A stretch of 64,000 nt of DNA from Chrysomallon squamiferum (taxonomy: Eukaryota; Animalia; Mollusca), in assembly GCA_012295275.1 (NCBI GenBank), contig CM022678.1:4588001-4652000 (forward strand). Direction: 5' to 3'. The translations under genes and the position numbers were made by a program. Each line of letters starts with the position of its first letter. Positions within the stretch are counted from its first letter, which is position 1. This document shows positions 1 through 14,207 of the stretch, one piece after another. The notes below the pieces were generated by a model. The model had not been told where the DNA came from, did no database searches, and saw only the letters and a list, made by a program, of their open reading frames with translations.

Positions 1-2065
1 TTTTTTTTAAATGTTTTTATGAATTATTATATTTAATTTTCTTGTTATTCATAATATTTAAATATATATTTAACTATTCAGATCGGTGTTGACAAGACAA
101 ACAGAACTATTTACAGTAGTTCCTAACATTTTGTTGACAATTTGTTCAAGTTCACCAGACATCAGCTTGTAATAAATCCATAATAAATTTGTCATTTAAA
201 AATTGATTAATTAAACAACTTTCAACCACTCTGAAAAAATGAGTCCAATTTATTATAAACTTTAAAACATTTAAAAAAAAAAAATGGAAGCTGAAAATGG
301 ATAAAATAAATAATTTTATTGTCACAAATAATTATCACTTACTTGTTTGATATGGTTTGTCTGCCAATAGTTGATGATGGTGAACCCAACAAAAGGCTGT
401 TTTGTTGGTTTCTCTGAGATGCGCTTTTATATTATTCAGACTTGTTTTTTACAGAACAAAGTTGTCACAAAGTGAATTCTGTTAAAAGAAATGTATGTAA
501 TATAATCTCTTGTTTCTTACTATTAACTAAATCAGTTTTAAAGTCATATCAGTCAGCTGGGCATTTCTTGCTGGATTTATAAATTCTCAATCACAATTGT
601 TATACATTTATCTTGTATCACTTGGGCTGATTTTATGATAATTACCAACGCAAAAGTTTTTTGTAGTCCTTTTTTTTTATTATTTTATTTTATTTTATTT
701 TTATAATTATTATTTTTTATTTTTTATTTTTTATTACTGTATAACAAAAAAACAAAACAAACCTACTACTTTCTCCTTTCTCAAAGATAAATCAAACATC
801 TTTTACACTGACAAAGTAATAACCATGAAAACTTTCTTTACGTCTTGGATCAACTTTAGTTATTCCTTTTGTTATTATCGACTACTGTCATGGCTCTTGC
901 TACCACACTGACTCCATCTCAGAATATGATAATGTGTAATCTTTCAGAGATGTGCTGTGGTACTTCCAGAGGAATTGTTTAACTACTTCTTCCTAGTCTT
1001 TGATCTGCTCTTCGGGTGTGTCATTTATCAAGCATAATGATACTTTTGCTAATGACACAGATTACACTGCATAATGATGGCACCAAAATATCTTAACATT
1101 TCCTGCTGTCAAATGCTTGACAAATTAATGCTAAAGTTTCGAAACTGTCTTCTATGATGACCTCCATATGTTTATCAGAGCTACCCACCGGATTGTGCAA
1201 CTCTTTGTTTGTCACTTTTCTTCGCAGACCCTGTCTTTTCCATTTGTAAAATGAAGCCAATTGCCTTTCCCTGTCTGAGCAAACCTCCTTGTAATGATCA
1301 TTTGGTTCCAGTGAGATAGGACCTTACCTGGATATCTTTTTCATATATGTCCCTGTACGAAAAAATCCCACGCCATTTTCACACACCAGTGGCAGTAAAA
1401 AAACACTTGTTAAAATACATAGTTGCCATCACAAGTGGCCAAAAATTATCATAATCTGGAGGGGACCCCTTTGGGCTCAGATTACGATGTGGATTTCTGT
1501 CTCTTTAAAGAACATGAAAAAAAATTGATGCAAATACTGCCTTTCTCTCATTTGATATATATAATTTGTGTTGCTGCAAGTTGCATTACATAGCGTCTTG
1601 TTAATTTAGAGGTAGCTGTTTGTTTTCCATACCTTTTACCACCTGTTAGAACATCTTCCTATCAAGCTTCTCTTGATACCTTCCTAAAAATTACACCCAT
1701 CCTTTTTAAGATACGGCTGATGTATTATTCCTTTTCTAGTTAGCAGTCATCACTATGTACATGTAGTGATGATAAATGCAAAAATGTTTTAGCATTGCCA
1801 TCCAACTGAATTATCACATCTAAAGCTGTGCTTAACTATTGATCTACAATATAAATTTTCTGCACTAGCTTGAGTACCATCATAATTTGTCTCGCATATG
1901 TGATTTGCCTTGCAGTTCACATAGCCCTGGCTTCTTTTGTGGCATAGCCTGTTGACTATTTGTATATGCTATCACTGTCAACAAACACAAAATGTCCTTT
2001 ATTAATAATCAGTCAGAATCATACGTCTTTTAGTCTTGATAATAATGATTGGAAGCATTGTAAAA

Positions 2066-3779
2066 TGTGACCCTCCACCATGAAATGATTCTTGCTTCAC
2101 CAAGAACATATTTTGGGGTTTTAATCTTTTCTAAACGTACCTTTCATGCTTTTTTTTGTTGGTGAAAACCATTTTAAAATAAGTAAAAATGCAACTTTTT
2201 AGTACATCTACAAACAAATGGACAAACAACTAAAAAGAACCAACTAGATCACTGTTACTAATTATAGAAATTTTCCTCGCCAGTTAAAGAATAGTGCCAC
2301 ACCATGCTGCACCCACTGGTACCAATTAAAAACATTCCTTGCCTTTCAATTTCTTTTTTTGAAAATTGTTATAATTAAATTTCTCTGATAAAACCTTGAG
2401 TAACAAAGATACGCTATTTCCTTTATGTTAGAACAAAACAAAGACAAAACTATTTTATTTTGAGGATAACATGTATGTACGTATGTATGGATCATGACAA
2501 TAGGTGACCAATTTAAAAACACAATGGTTTTTAATATTTAATTACTGTTCAATGCTTTCATATAATACACTGAAATAGACTGACACATTCTCATAATATT
2601 AATTCTCACCCCCAAGAAATAATAATAACAATTAAAAATTAATCCAATCATAGTCTGTTATTATGCAAGCATTAATAAGTTGGTTTTTACAGCAAGTAAT
2701 TTGTTCATAATTTGATAGAAATAATAATTATTATACTCCCTCTTTGAAAGTTTGAATTATCAAGAGAGACAAAGATCAATTAGTAATAATGGAATGGTAT
2801 TTATATACATACAGTATATAGAATTCTCACATATGATAAACTATTACAATTGTGACATGCGAACATCCAAAGGTGTAATTTGTAAATAATATTTTAACCA
2901 ACAGTTTCAAGTTAGTGTTAATGAAGCAGCAATAAAATAAAACATTCTATGGGCAGACAAGATCCCGCACTTCTTGTCTAACAAAAAATCAAACACTGTG
3001 GCAAAAAAAGAAGTCAAATCCAGCTGTTATTTTAATCATTTTTGAAAACATTAAAATGACCACAAACTGAGCATAGTCGCTTTATCTGTAAATTTTACAA
3101 ACATAAAAGATTTAGTGTCGTCGGCTGAATGTACATCGTTTTCCGTAATGTCACCAGTGTCATTTATTGGTTCAATAATCAAAGAATCAGTAAAACAATC
3201 CAGTTCAGATGTTTTCATGAACCACCATTGTAAAAAATATTTGCTCCACATGCAGAATTTAAAGCCTTAGTTATAATTTCAGCATGCATATGGTTAAATG
3301 CCATCTTGGAAATTACCTCGCTTGCATTGGAAAATTATGTCACACGATATTCTTGACCAGTGAGTGAAGGGGAATTCCGTCCTAGTAGCCCTTTGTTTAC
3401 TGTTCTGTTCTTATTTTGTTCTCGTTCGTTGATCTTCTATTTTAAACTCGGCCAGTCAAACTCTACATATTTCCACTGATATCAGAAACAACGGGTTCAC
3501 TTTCTATTTTTGGGATGAAAACATCTGCTGTATATCGAATTTTTGACCCAGTTTTAATTAACAAAACAATAAAGGATTATCTCATTTAAGTGCATTTTTG
3601 AAGATTTATATAAAAAAAAAAAATGTTTTAGTATTAACTCAATATGTACATAAATGGATAAACTATCAGTTTAAATTAAAATCTCAAAATTGACAACCTA
3701 CTCCCCCTTGAGCTTCTTTTGGTCGTTACACACAATTAGGCAAGGTGACATCTGACTCATTTCATGGTAGCGAGTCACA
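2066..3779. mobile_element. Decayed, probably non-autonomous DNA transposon with ~36-bp imperfect TIRs (superfamily unassigned)
   Basis: Left end 2066-2101 TGTGACCCTCCACCATGAAATGATTCTTGCTTCACC matches the reverse complement of 3744-3779, TGTGACTCGCTACCATGAAATGAGTCAGATGTCACC. Flanked by a ~65-bp direct repeat (1996-2065 and 3785-3885). No intact transposase ORF. Confidence 0.6.
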
Positions 3780-4074
3780 AATTACCTTTATTAATAATCA
3801 GTCAGAATCATATATGTCTTTTAGTCTTGATAACACTCATCATAAACATTAGTCTTGATAATAATGATTGGAATCATTGAATAAAATAGGCTCAGTAATA
3901 GTAACATTAACACATCCAACACAGTATCAACTCAGGATTTCATAGTCTGTGTCATCTCTTGCTCTTTGGTCACCTCTCCAATAAAAGAAGAAAAAAAAAG
4001 TCATTCTTGTATTAGACTGCTACTCCTTTTTCATGAAAGGCATCCATCCAGATAATGTTTCACACCAGACTCAA

Positions 4075-4500
4075 GACCCAGAATTCCACACACTTATCTT
4101 CCAGTGTTGTATGGCCTGTGTGTCACTGCAAACACCATCTCGACTATAAACTCTGCCATGCTCTTGATAGAATAACTGCTGATGCTTATAGAGGCATTGT
4201 TGCTCTTGATTACAATATAGAGTTTGATACGTTGTCTTCATCAACATCATTGTCGGAGACACTTACATAACAGGGCTGGGGTGGCTTATCACACACTGAT
4301 GACTCCAAAATTCTCTCAAGATTGATCTTCTAGTGTTGTGTGGCCCATTTGTTCATGGTACAGACACTGCAACACCATGTCAACAGTAAAGTTACATAAC
4401 ACAGCTGTGGTGGCTCGCCAGACATTTGAAAACCCCAGAATATTCACACACTGCTGTTTTAGTGTCGTATGGCCCATTTGTCCATTATCGTGTGTCACAT
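4075..4500. repeat. Degenerate three-copy local repeat (~130-bp unit)
   Basis: Core AGTGTYGTRTGGCC at ~4103, ~4332 and ~4461. Shared TTACATAAC...GTGGCT blocks at ~4263 and ~4392. Confidence 0.6.
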
Positions 4501-5139
4501 ACATACGGTGTTGCAAAGAAAAGGCTTATATATTTTATTTATTTATTTATTATATTATATTTTGTGTATCAAAAAAAATAAAGTATCAAACTTGAGATTT
4601 TTGCTACATAAACCCTGCAACAAAACACATGCTACTTTGGAAATTTATTTACAGATGTAATGATGTCAATATAATGTTGATTATGGCTGCAGAATGGTGT
4701 GAATGACGTAGTGGACAAGACATTTCCTTACGGTTCATGTAAAATTCTGATCTGCTGACTTGTATAATTCCGCTGCAAGGAATCTCATGAACTCTTCTGT
4801 CTTATTCATAGCAGTGTTTTCTCTTAGACACTAGCCCCGAAGACTACAAATCTTTCACCTGTATAGAAACTGTAAAAAGAAATAATTGCCAACATAACAG
4901 CCAAGAAGTAATTTCATCCATTTGCACTTTTTTATCATTTTGTGAAAAACACAAGTGAAAATTTAGATTCCTCTAACTTTTTATTATTTCTGTAATTCTT
5001 TGTTTCCGTGAATTCAGTGTTTTCTCTGTAATTCACATGCAAGTAGTTCATTTGAAAAAAATAATAATATATATATCTAAAACATTTAAATAGCAGAAAC
5101 ATTTTCTCTTTGAATTTAAAGCTCTTTTGTAACTTGTTT

Positions 5140-7543
5140 GTCATTTGATGGAATCGTTTTTATAATATCAGTATTTATTATTTCATTTTCTATGTATTAA
5201 TAATCTGAAATTTATTTGTTTTTAAATTTTCTCGCAATTTTTAATTAACTGAATTTTGATTCTTTTACAATTGTATATGCATTCAGTACCAGAGGTTTTT
5301 CTCTGTGTAATTGTGTGTATGTGTGTGTGTGTGTCTGTCTGTCTGTATATATATAAACTAAGCAAAGAAAAAATCATATCGATTAGAGTGAGGTCCCTTA
5401 GGTGAGATGTACTCACTAATTCTTCGATCGTTTTAAACTTTCAAAGTCGTTCTTTATTTGTTTACTTACTTATTTCTTATATATCCTGTCTACTTTGCTT
5501 ATTTTTGTTATAATTAAAAAATCAGTAAAGAAAATAATTTTTTGTGTCATTTGATAGAATCATTTTTATAATATCAGTATTTATTATTTCATTTTGTATT
5601 TATTAATATTCTGAAATTTATTTGTTTTTAAATTTTCTGGCAATTTTTAATTAATTGAATTTTGTTTCTTTTACAATTTTATAATCATTCAGTAACAGAG
5701 GTTTTTCTCTCTGTGTGTGTGTGTGGGTGTGTCTGTCTGTCTGTATATATATAAACAAAGCAATGAAAAAAATCATATCGATTAGAGTTAGGTCCCTTAC
5801 GTCAGATGTATTCACTAAGCGAAGTAAAATTTATGTCGATTAGAATTATCTCCCTTTAGTGATATGTGTTCACAAAAATATATTAGAGTTAGGTCCAATA
5901 GGTGAGATGTACTCACTAAGCCTTCGATTGTTTTAAACTTTCAAACTCGTTCTTTATTTGTTTACTTACTTAATATTTACACTATCCTGTCTACTTTGCT
6001 TATTGTTGTTATATAGTTAAAAAATCAGTAAATAAAATAATTTTTTGTGTCATTTGATGGAATCGTTTCTATAATATCAGTATTTATTATTTCATTTTGT
6101 ATGTATTAATAATCTGAAATTTATTTGTTTTTAAATTTTCTCGCAATTTTTAATTAACTGAATTTTGATTCTTTTACAATTGTATATGCATTCAGTACCA
6201 GAGGTTTTTCTCTGTGTAATTGTGTGTATGTGTGTGTGTGTGTGTGTGTGTGTCTGTCTGTATATATATAAACTAAGCAAAACAAATCATATCGATTAGA
6301 GTGATGTCCCTTAGGTGAGATGTACTCACTAATTCTTCGATCGTTTTAAACTTTCAAAGTCGTTCTTTATTTGTTTACTTATTTATTTCTTATATATCCT
6401 GTCTACTTTGCTCATTTTTGTTATAATTAAAAAATCAGTAAATAAAATAATTTTGTGTGTCATTTGACGGAATCGTTTTTATAATATCAGTATTAATTAT
6501 TTCATTTTGTATGTATTAATATTCTGAAATATGTTTGTTTTTAAATTTTCTGGCAATTTTTAATTAATTGAATGTTGATTCTTTTACAATTGTATGTGCA
6601 TTCAATACCAAAGGTTTTTCTCTGTGTAAGTGTGTGTGTGTGTGTGTGTGTGTGTATCTGTCTGTAATTCTGTATATATATAAACTAAGCAAAGAAAAAA
6701 TCATATCGATTAGAGTGAGGTCCCTTAGGTGAGATGTACTCACTAATTCTTCGATCATTTTAAAGTTTTAAAGTGGTTCTTTTTTCTTTGCTTATTTATT
6801 TACTCTATAGTGTCCACTTTGCTTGTTGTTGTTATAATTAAAAAACCAGTAAAGAAAATAATTTTTTGTGTCATTTGATAGAATCCTTTTTATAATATCA
6901 GTATTTAATATTTCATTTTGTATTTATTAATATTCTGAAATTTATTTGTTTTTAAATTTTCTGGCAATTTTTAATTAATTGAATTTTGTTTCTTTTACAA
7001 TTTTATAATCATTCAGTAACAGAGGTTTTTCTCTCTGTGTGTGTGTGTGGGTGTGTCTGTCTGTCTGTATATATATAAACAAAGCAATGAAAAAATCATA
7101 TCGATTAGAGTTAGGTCCCTTACGTCAGATGTATTCACTAAGCGAAGTAAAAATTATATCGATTAGAATTATCTCCCTTTAGTGATATGTGTTCACAAAC
7201 ATATATTAGAGTGAGGTCCAATAGGTGAGATGTACTCACTAAGCCTCCGATCGTTTTAAACTTTCAAAGTCGTTCTTTATTTGTTTACTTACTTATTTCT
7301 TATATATCCTGTCTACTTTGCTTATTGTTGTTATAATTAAAAAATCAGTAAATAAAATAATTTTTTGTGTCATTTGATGGAATCGTTTTTATAATATCAG
7401 TATTTATTATTTCATTTTCTATGTATTAATAATCTGAAATTTATTTGTTTTTAAATTTTCTCGCAATTTTTAATTAACTGAATTTTGATTCTTTTACAAT
7501 TGTATATGCATTCAGTACCAGAGGTTTTTCTCTGTGTAATTGT

Positions 7544-7575
<32 letters not shown>

Positions 7576-8467
7576 CTGTCTGTATATATATAAACTAAGC
7601 AAAGAAAAAATCATATCGATTAGAGTGAGGTCCCTTAGGTGAGATGTACTCACTAATTCTTCGATCGTTTTAAACTTTCAAAGTCGTTCTTTATTTGTTT
7701 ACTTACTTATTTCTTATATATCCTGTCTACTTTGCTTATTTTTGTTATAATTAAAAAATCAGTAAAGAAAAAAAAATTTGTGTCATTTGATAGAATCATT
7801 TTTATAATATCAGTATTTATTATTTCATTTTGTATTTATTAATATTCTGAAATTTATTTATTGTTTTTAAATTTTCTGGCAATTTTTAATTAATTGAATT
7901 TTGTTTCTTTTACAATTTTATAATCATTCAGTAACAGAGGTTTTTCTCTCTGTGTGTGTGTGTGTGTGTGTGTGTCTGTCTGTCTGTATATATATATAAA
8001 CAAAGGAAAGAAAAAATCATATCGATTAGAGTTAGGTCCCTTACGTCAGATGTATTCACTAAGCGAAGTAAAATTTATGTCGATTAGAATTATCTCCCTT
8101 TAGTGATATGTGTTCACAAAAAATATATTAGAGTTAGGTCCAATAGGTGAGATGTACTCACTAAGCCTTCGATTGTTTTAAACTTTCAAACTCGTCTTTT
8201 TATTTGTTTACTTACTTAATATTTACACTATCCTGTCTACTTTGCTTATTGTTGTTATATAGTTAAAAAATCAGTAAATAAAATAATTTTTTTGTGTCAT
8301 TTGATGGAATCGTTTCTATAATATCAGTATTTATTATTTCATTTTTTGTATGTATTAATAATCTGAAATTTATTTGTTTTTAAATTTTCTGGCAATTTTT
8401 AATTAACTGAATTTTGATTCTTTTACAATTGTATATGCATTCAGTACCAGAGGTTTTTCTCTGTGTA

Positions 8468-8501
<34 letters not shown>

Positions 8502-8870
8502 TGTCTGTCTGTATATATATAAACTAAGCAAAACAAATCATATCGATTAGAGTGATGTCCCTTAGGTGAGATGTACTCACTAATTCTTCGATCGTTTTAA
8601 ACTTTCAAAGTCGTTCTTTATTTGTTTACTTATTTATTTCTTATATATCCTGTCTACTTTGCTCATTTTTGTTATAATTAAAAAATCAGTAAATAAAATA
8701 ATTTTGTGTGTCATTTGACGGAATCGTTTTTATAATATCAGTATTAATTATTTCATTTTGTATGTATTAATATTCTGAAATATGTTTGTTTTTAAATTTT
8801 CTGGCAATTTTTAATTAATTGAATGTTGATTCTTTTACAATTGTATGTGCATTCAATACCAAAGGTTTTT

Positions 8871-8906
<36 letters not shown>

Positions 8907-10190
8907 CTGTCTGTAATTCTGTATATATATAAACTAAGCAAAGAAAAAATCATATCGATTAGAGTGAGGTCCCTTAGGTGAGATGTACTCACTAATTCTT
9001 CGATCATTTTAAAGTTTTAAAGTGGTTCTTTTTTCTTTGCTTATTTATTTACTCTATAGTGTCCACTTTGCTTGTTGTTGTTATAATTAAAAAACCAGTA
9101 AAGAAAATAATTTTTTGTGTCATTTGATAGAATCCTTTTTATAATATCAGTATTTAATATTTCATTTTGTATTTATTAATATTCTGAAATTTATTTGTTT
9201 TTAAATTTTCTGGCAATTTTTAATTAATTGAATTTTGTTTCTTTTACAATTTTATAATCATTCAGTAACAGAGGTTTTTCTCTCTGTGTGTGTGTGTGTG
9301 TGTGTGTCTGTCTGTCTGTATATATATAAAACAAAACCAAAATGAAAAAATCATATCGATTAGAGTTAGGTCCCTTACGTCAGATGTATTCACTAAGCGA
9401 AGTAAAAATTATATCGATTAAAATTATCTCCCTTTAGTGATATGTGTTCACAAACATATATTAGAGTGAGGTCCAATAGGTGAGATGTACTCACTAAGCC
9501 TCCGATCGTTTTAAACTTTCAAAGTCGTTCTTTATTTGTTTACTTACTTATTTCTTATATATCCTGTCTACTTTGCTTATTGTTGTTATAATTAAAAAAT
9601 CAGTAAATAAAATAATTTTTTGTGTCATTTGATGGAATCGTTTTTATAATATCAGTATTTATTATTTCATTTTCTATGTATTAATAATCTGAAATTTATT
9701 TGTTTTTAAATTTTCTCGCAATTTTTAATTAACTGAATTTTGATTCTTTTACAATTGTATATGCATTCAGTACCAGAGGTTTTTCTCTGTGTAATTGTGT
9801 GTGTGTGTGTGTGTGTGTCTGTCTGTCTGTATATATATAAACTAAGCAAAGAAAAAATCATATCGATTACAGTGAGGTCCCTTAGGTGAGATGTACTCAC
9901 TAATTCTTCGATCGTTTTAAACTTTCAAAGTCGTTCTTTATTTGTTTACTTACTTATTTCTTATATATCCTGTCTACTTTGCTCATTTTTGTTATAATTA
10001 AAAAATCAGTAAATAAAATAATTTTGTGTGTCATTTGACGGAATCGTTTTTATAATATCAGTATTAATTATTTCATTTTGTATGTATTAATATTCTGAAA
10101 TATGTTTGATTTTAAATTTTCTGGCAATTTTTAATTAATTGAATGTTGATTCTTTTACAATTGTATATGCATTCAATACCAAAGGTTTTT

Positions 10191-10235
<45 letters not shown>

Positions 10236-12442
10236 TGTCTGTAATTCTGTGTATATATAAACTAAGCAAAGAAAAAGTCATATCGATTAGAGTGAGGTCC
10301 CTTAGGTGAGATGTACTCACTAATTCTTCGATCATTTTAAAGTTTTAAAGTGGTTCTTTTTTCTTTGCTTATTTATTTACTCTATAATGTCCAATTTGCT
10401 TGTTGTTGTTATAATTAAAAAATCAGTAAAGAAAATAATTTTTTGTGTCATTTGATAGAATCATTTTTATAATATCAGTATTTATTATTTCATTTTGTAT
10501 TTATTAATATTCTGAAATTTATTTGTTTTTAAATTTTCTGGCAATTTTTAATTAATTGAATTTTGTTTCTTTTACAATTTTATAATCATTCAGTAACAGA
10601 GGTTTTTCTCTCTGTGTGTGTGTGTGTGTGTGTGTCTGTCTGTCTGTATATATATAAACAAAGCAATGAAAAAATCATATCGATTAGAGTTAGGTCCCTT
10701 ACGTCAGATGTATTCACTAAGCGAAGTAAAATTTATGTCGATTAGAATTATCTCCCTTTAGTGATATGTGTTCACAAAAATATATTAGAGTTAGGTCCAA
10801 TAGGTGAGATGTACTCACTAAGCCTTCGATTGTTTTAAACTTTCAAACTCGTTCTTTATTTGTTTACTTACTTAATATTTACACTATCCTGTCTACTTTG
10901 CTTATTGTTGTTATATAGTTAAAAAATCAGTAAATAAAATAATTTTTTGTGTCATTTGATGGAATCGTTTCTATAATATCAGTATTTATTATTTCATTTT
11001 GTATGTATTAATAATCTGAAATTTATTTGTTTTTAAATTTCCTCGCAATTTTTAATTAACTGAATTTTGATTCTTTTACAATTGTATATGCATTCAGTAC
11101 CAGAGGTTTTTCTCTGTGTAATTGTGTGTATGTGTGTGTGTGTGTGTGTGTCTGTCTGTATATATATAAACTAAGCAAAACAAATCATATCGATTAGAGT
11201 GATGTCCCTTAGGTGAGATGTACTCACTAATTCTTCGATCGTTTTAAACTTTCAAAGTCGTTCTTTATTTGTTTACTTATTTATTTCTTATATATCCTGT
11301 CTACTTTGCTCATTTTTGTTATAATTAAAAAATCAGTAAATAAAATAATTTTGTGTGTCATTTGACGGAATCGTTTTTATAATATCAGTATTAATTATTT
11401 CATTTTGTATGTATTAATATTCTGAAATATGTTTGTTTTTAAATTTTCTGGCAATTTTTAATTAATTGAATGTTGATTCTTTTACAATTGTATGTGCATT
11501 CAATACCAAAGGTTTTTCTCTGTGTAAGTGTGTGTGTGTGTGTGTGTGTGTGTATCTGTCTGTAATTCTGTATATATATAAACTAAGCAAAGAAAAAATC
11601 ATATCGATTAGAGTGAGGTCCCTTAGGTGAGATGTACTCACTAATTCTTCGATCATTTTAAAGTTTTAAAGTGGTTCTTTTTTCTTTGCTTATTTATTTA
11701 CTCTATAGTGTCCACTTTGCTTGTTGTTGTTATAATTAAAAAACCAGTAAAGAAAATAATTTTTTGTGTCATTTGATAGAATCGTTTTTATAATATCAGT
11801 ATTTATTATTTCATTTTGTATTTATTAATATTCTGAAATTTATTTGTTTTTAAATTTTCTGGCAATTTTTAATTAATTGAATTTTGTTTCTTTTACAATT
11901 TTATAATCATTCAGTAACAGAGGTTTTTCTCTCTGTGTGTGTGTGTGGGTGTGTCTGTCTGTCTGTATATATATAAACAAACCAATGAAAAAATCATATC
12001 GATTAGAGTTAGGTCCCTTACGTCAGATGTATTCACTAAGCGAAGTAAAAATTATATCGATTAAAATTATCTCCCTTTAGTGATATGTGTTCACAAACAT
12101 ATATTAGAGTGAGGTCCAATAGGTGAGATGTACTCACTAAGCCTCCGATCGTTTTAAACTTTCAAAGTCGTTCTTTATTTGTTTACTTACTTATTATTTA
12201 TACTATCCTGTCTACTTTGCTTATTGTTGTTATAATTAAAAAATCAGTAAATAAAATAATTTTTTGTGTCATTTGATGGAATCGTTTTTATAATATCAGT
12301 ATTTATTATTTCATTTTCTATGTATTAATAATCTGAAATTTATTTGTTTTTAAATTTCCTCGCAATTTTTAATTAACTGAATTTTGATTCTTTTACAATT
12401 GTCTATGCATTCAGTACCAGAGGTTTTTCTCTGTGTAATTGT

Positions 12443-12476
<34 letters not shown>

Positions 12477-12848
12477 CTGTCTGTATATATATAAACTAAG
12501 CAAAGAAAAAATCATATCGATTAGAGTGAGGTCCCTTAGGTGAGATGCATGTATTCACTAATTCTTCGATCGTTTTAAACTTTCAAAGTCGTTCTTTATT
12601 TGTTTACTTATTTATTTCTTATATATCCTGTCTACTTTGCTCATTTTTGTTATAATTAAAAAATCAGTAAATAAAATAATTTTGTGTGTCATTTGACGGA
12701 ATCGTTTTTATAATATCAGTATTAATTATTTCATTTTGTATGTATTAATATTCTGAAATATGTTTGATTTTAAATTTTCTGGCAATTTTTAATTAATTGA
12801 ATGTTGATTCTTTTACAATTGTATGTGCATTCAATACCAAAGGTTTTT

Positions 12849-12884
<36 letters not shown>

Positions 12885-14168
12885 CTGTCTGTAATTCTGT
12901 ATATATATAAACTAAGCAAAGAAAAAATCATATCGATTAGAGTGAGGTCCCTTAGGTGAGATGTACTCACTAATTCTTCGATCATTTTAAAGTTTTAAAG
13001 TGGTTCTTTTTTCTTTGCTTATTTATTTACTCTATAATGTCCAATTTGCTTGTTGTTGTTATAATTAAAAAATCAGTAAAGAAAATAATTTTTTGTGTCA
13101 TTTGATAGAATCATTTTTATAATATCAGTATTTATTATTTCATTTTGTATTTATTAATATTCTGAAATTTATTTGTTTTTAAATTTTCTGGCAATTTTTA
13201 ATTAATTGAATTTTGTTTCTTTTACAATTTTATAATCATTCAGTAACAGAGGTTTTTCTCTCTGTGTGTGTGTGTGGGTGTGTCTGTCTGTCTGTATATA
13301 TATAAACAAAGCAATGAAAAAAATCATATCGATTAGAGTTAGGTCCCTTACGTCAGATGTATTCACTAAGCGAAGTAAAATTTATGTCGATTAGAATTAT
13401 CTCCCTTTAGTGATATGTGTTCACAAAAATATATTAGAGTTAGGTCCAATAGGTGAGATGTACTCACTAAGCCTTCGATTGTTTTAAACTTTCAAACTCT
13501 TTCTTTATTTGTTTACTTACTTAATATTTACACTATCCTGTCTACTTTGCTTATTGTTGTTATATAGTTAAAAAATCAGTAAATAAAATAATTTTTTGTG
13601 TCATTTGATGGAATCGTTTCTATAATATCAGTATTTATTATTTCATTTTGTATGTATTAATAATCTGAAATTTATTTGTTTTTAAATTTCCTCGCAATTT
13701 TTAATTAACTGAATTTTGATTCTTTTACAATTGTATATGCATTCAGTACCAGAGGTTTTTCTCTGTGTAATCGTGTGTATGTGTGTGTGTGTGTGTGTGT
13801 GTCTGTCTGTATATATATAAACTAAGCAAAACAAATCATATCGATTAGAGTGATGTCCCTTAGGTGAGATGTACTCACTAATTCTTCGATCGTTTTAAAC
13901 TTTCAAAGTCGTTCTTTATTTGTTTACTTATTTATTTCTTATATATCCTGTCTACTTTGCTCATTTTTGTTATAATTAAAAAATCAGTAAATAAAATAAT
14001 TTTGTGTGTCATTTGACGGAATCGTTTTTATAATATCAGTATTAATTATTTCATTTTGTATGTATTAATATTCTGAAATATGTTTGTTTTTAAATTTTCT
14101 GGCAATTTTTAATTAATTGAATGTTGATTCTTTTACAATTGTATGTGCATTCAATACCAAAGGTTTTT

Positions 14169-14207
<39 letters not shown>

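Noticed and set aside
880-1980. Slightly GC-richer, coding-looking sequence on the minus strand
   Set aside because: Frequent stops in the frames I translated and no motif I can assign; possibly a decayed TE but unsupported.
3051-3251. 66-aa ORF inside the TIR element
   Set aside because: Too short, with no DDE or DNA-binding motif; cannot be called a transposase.
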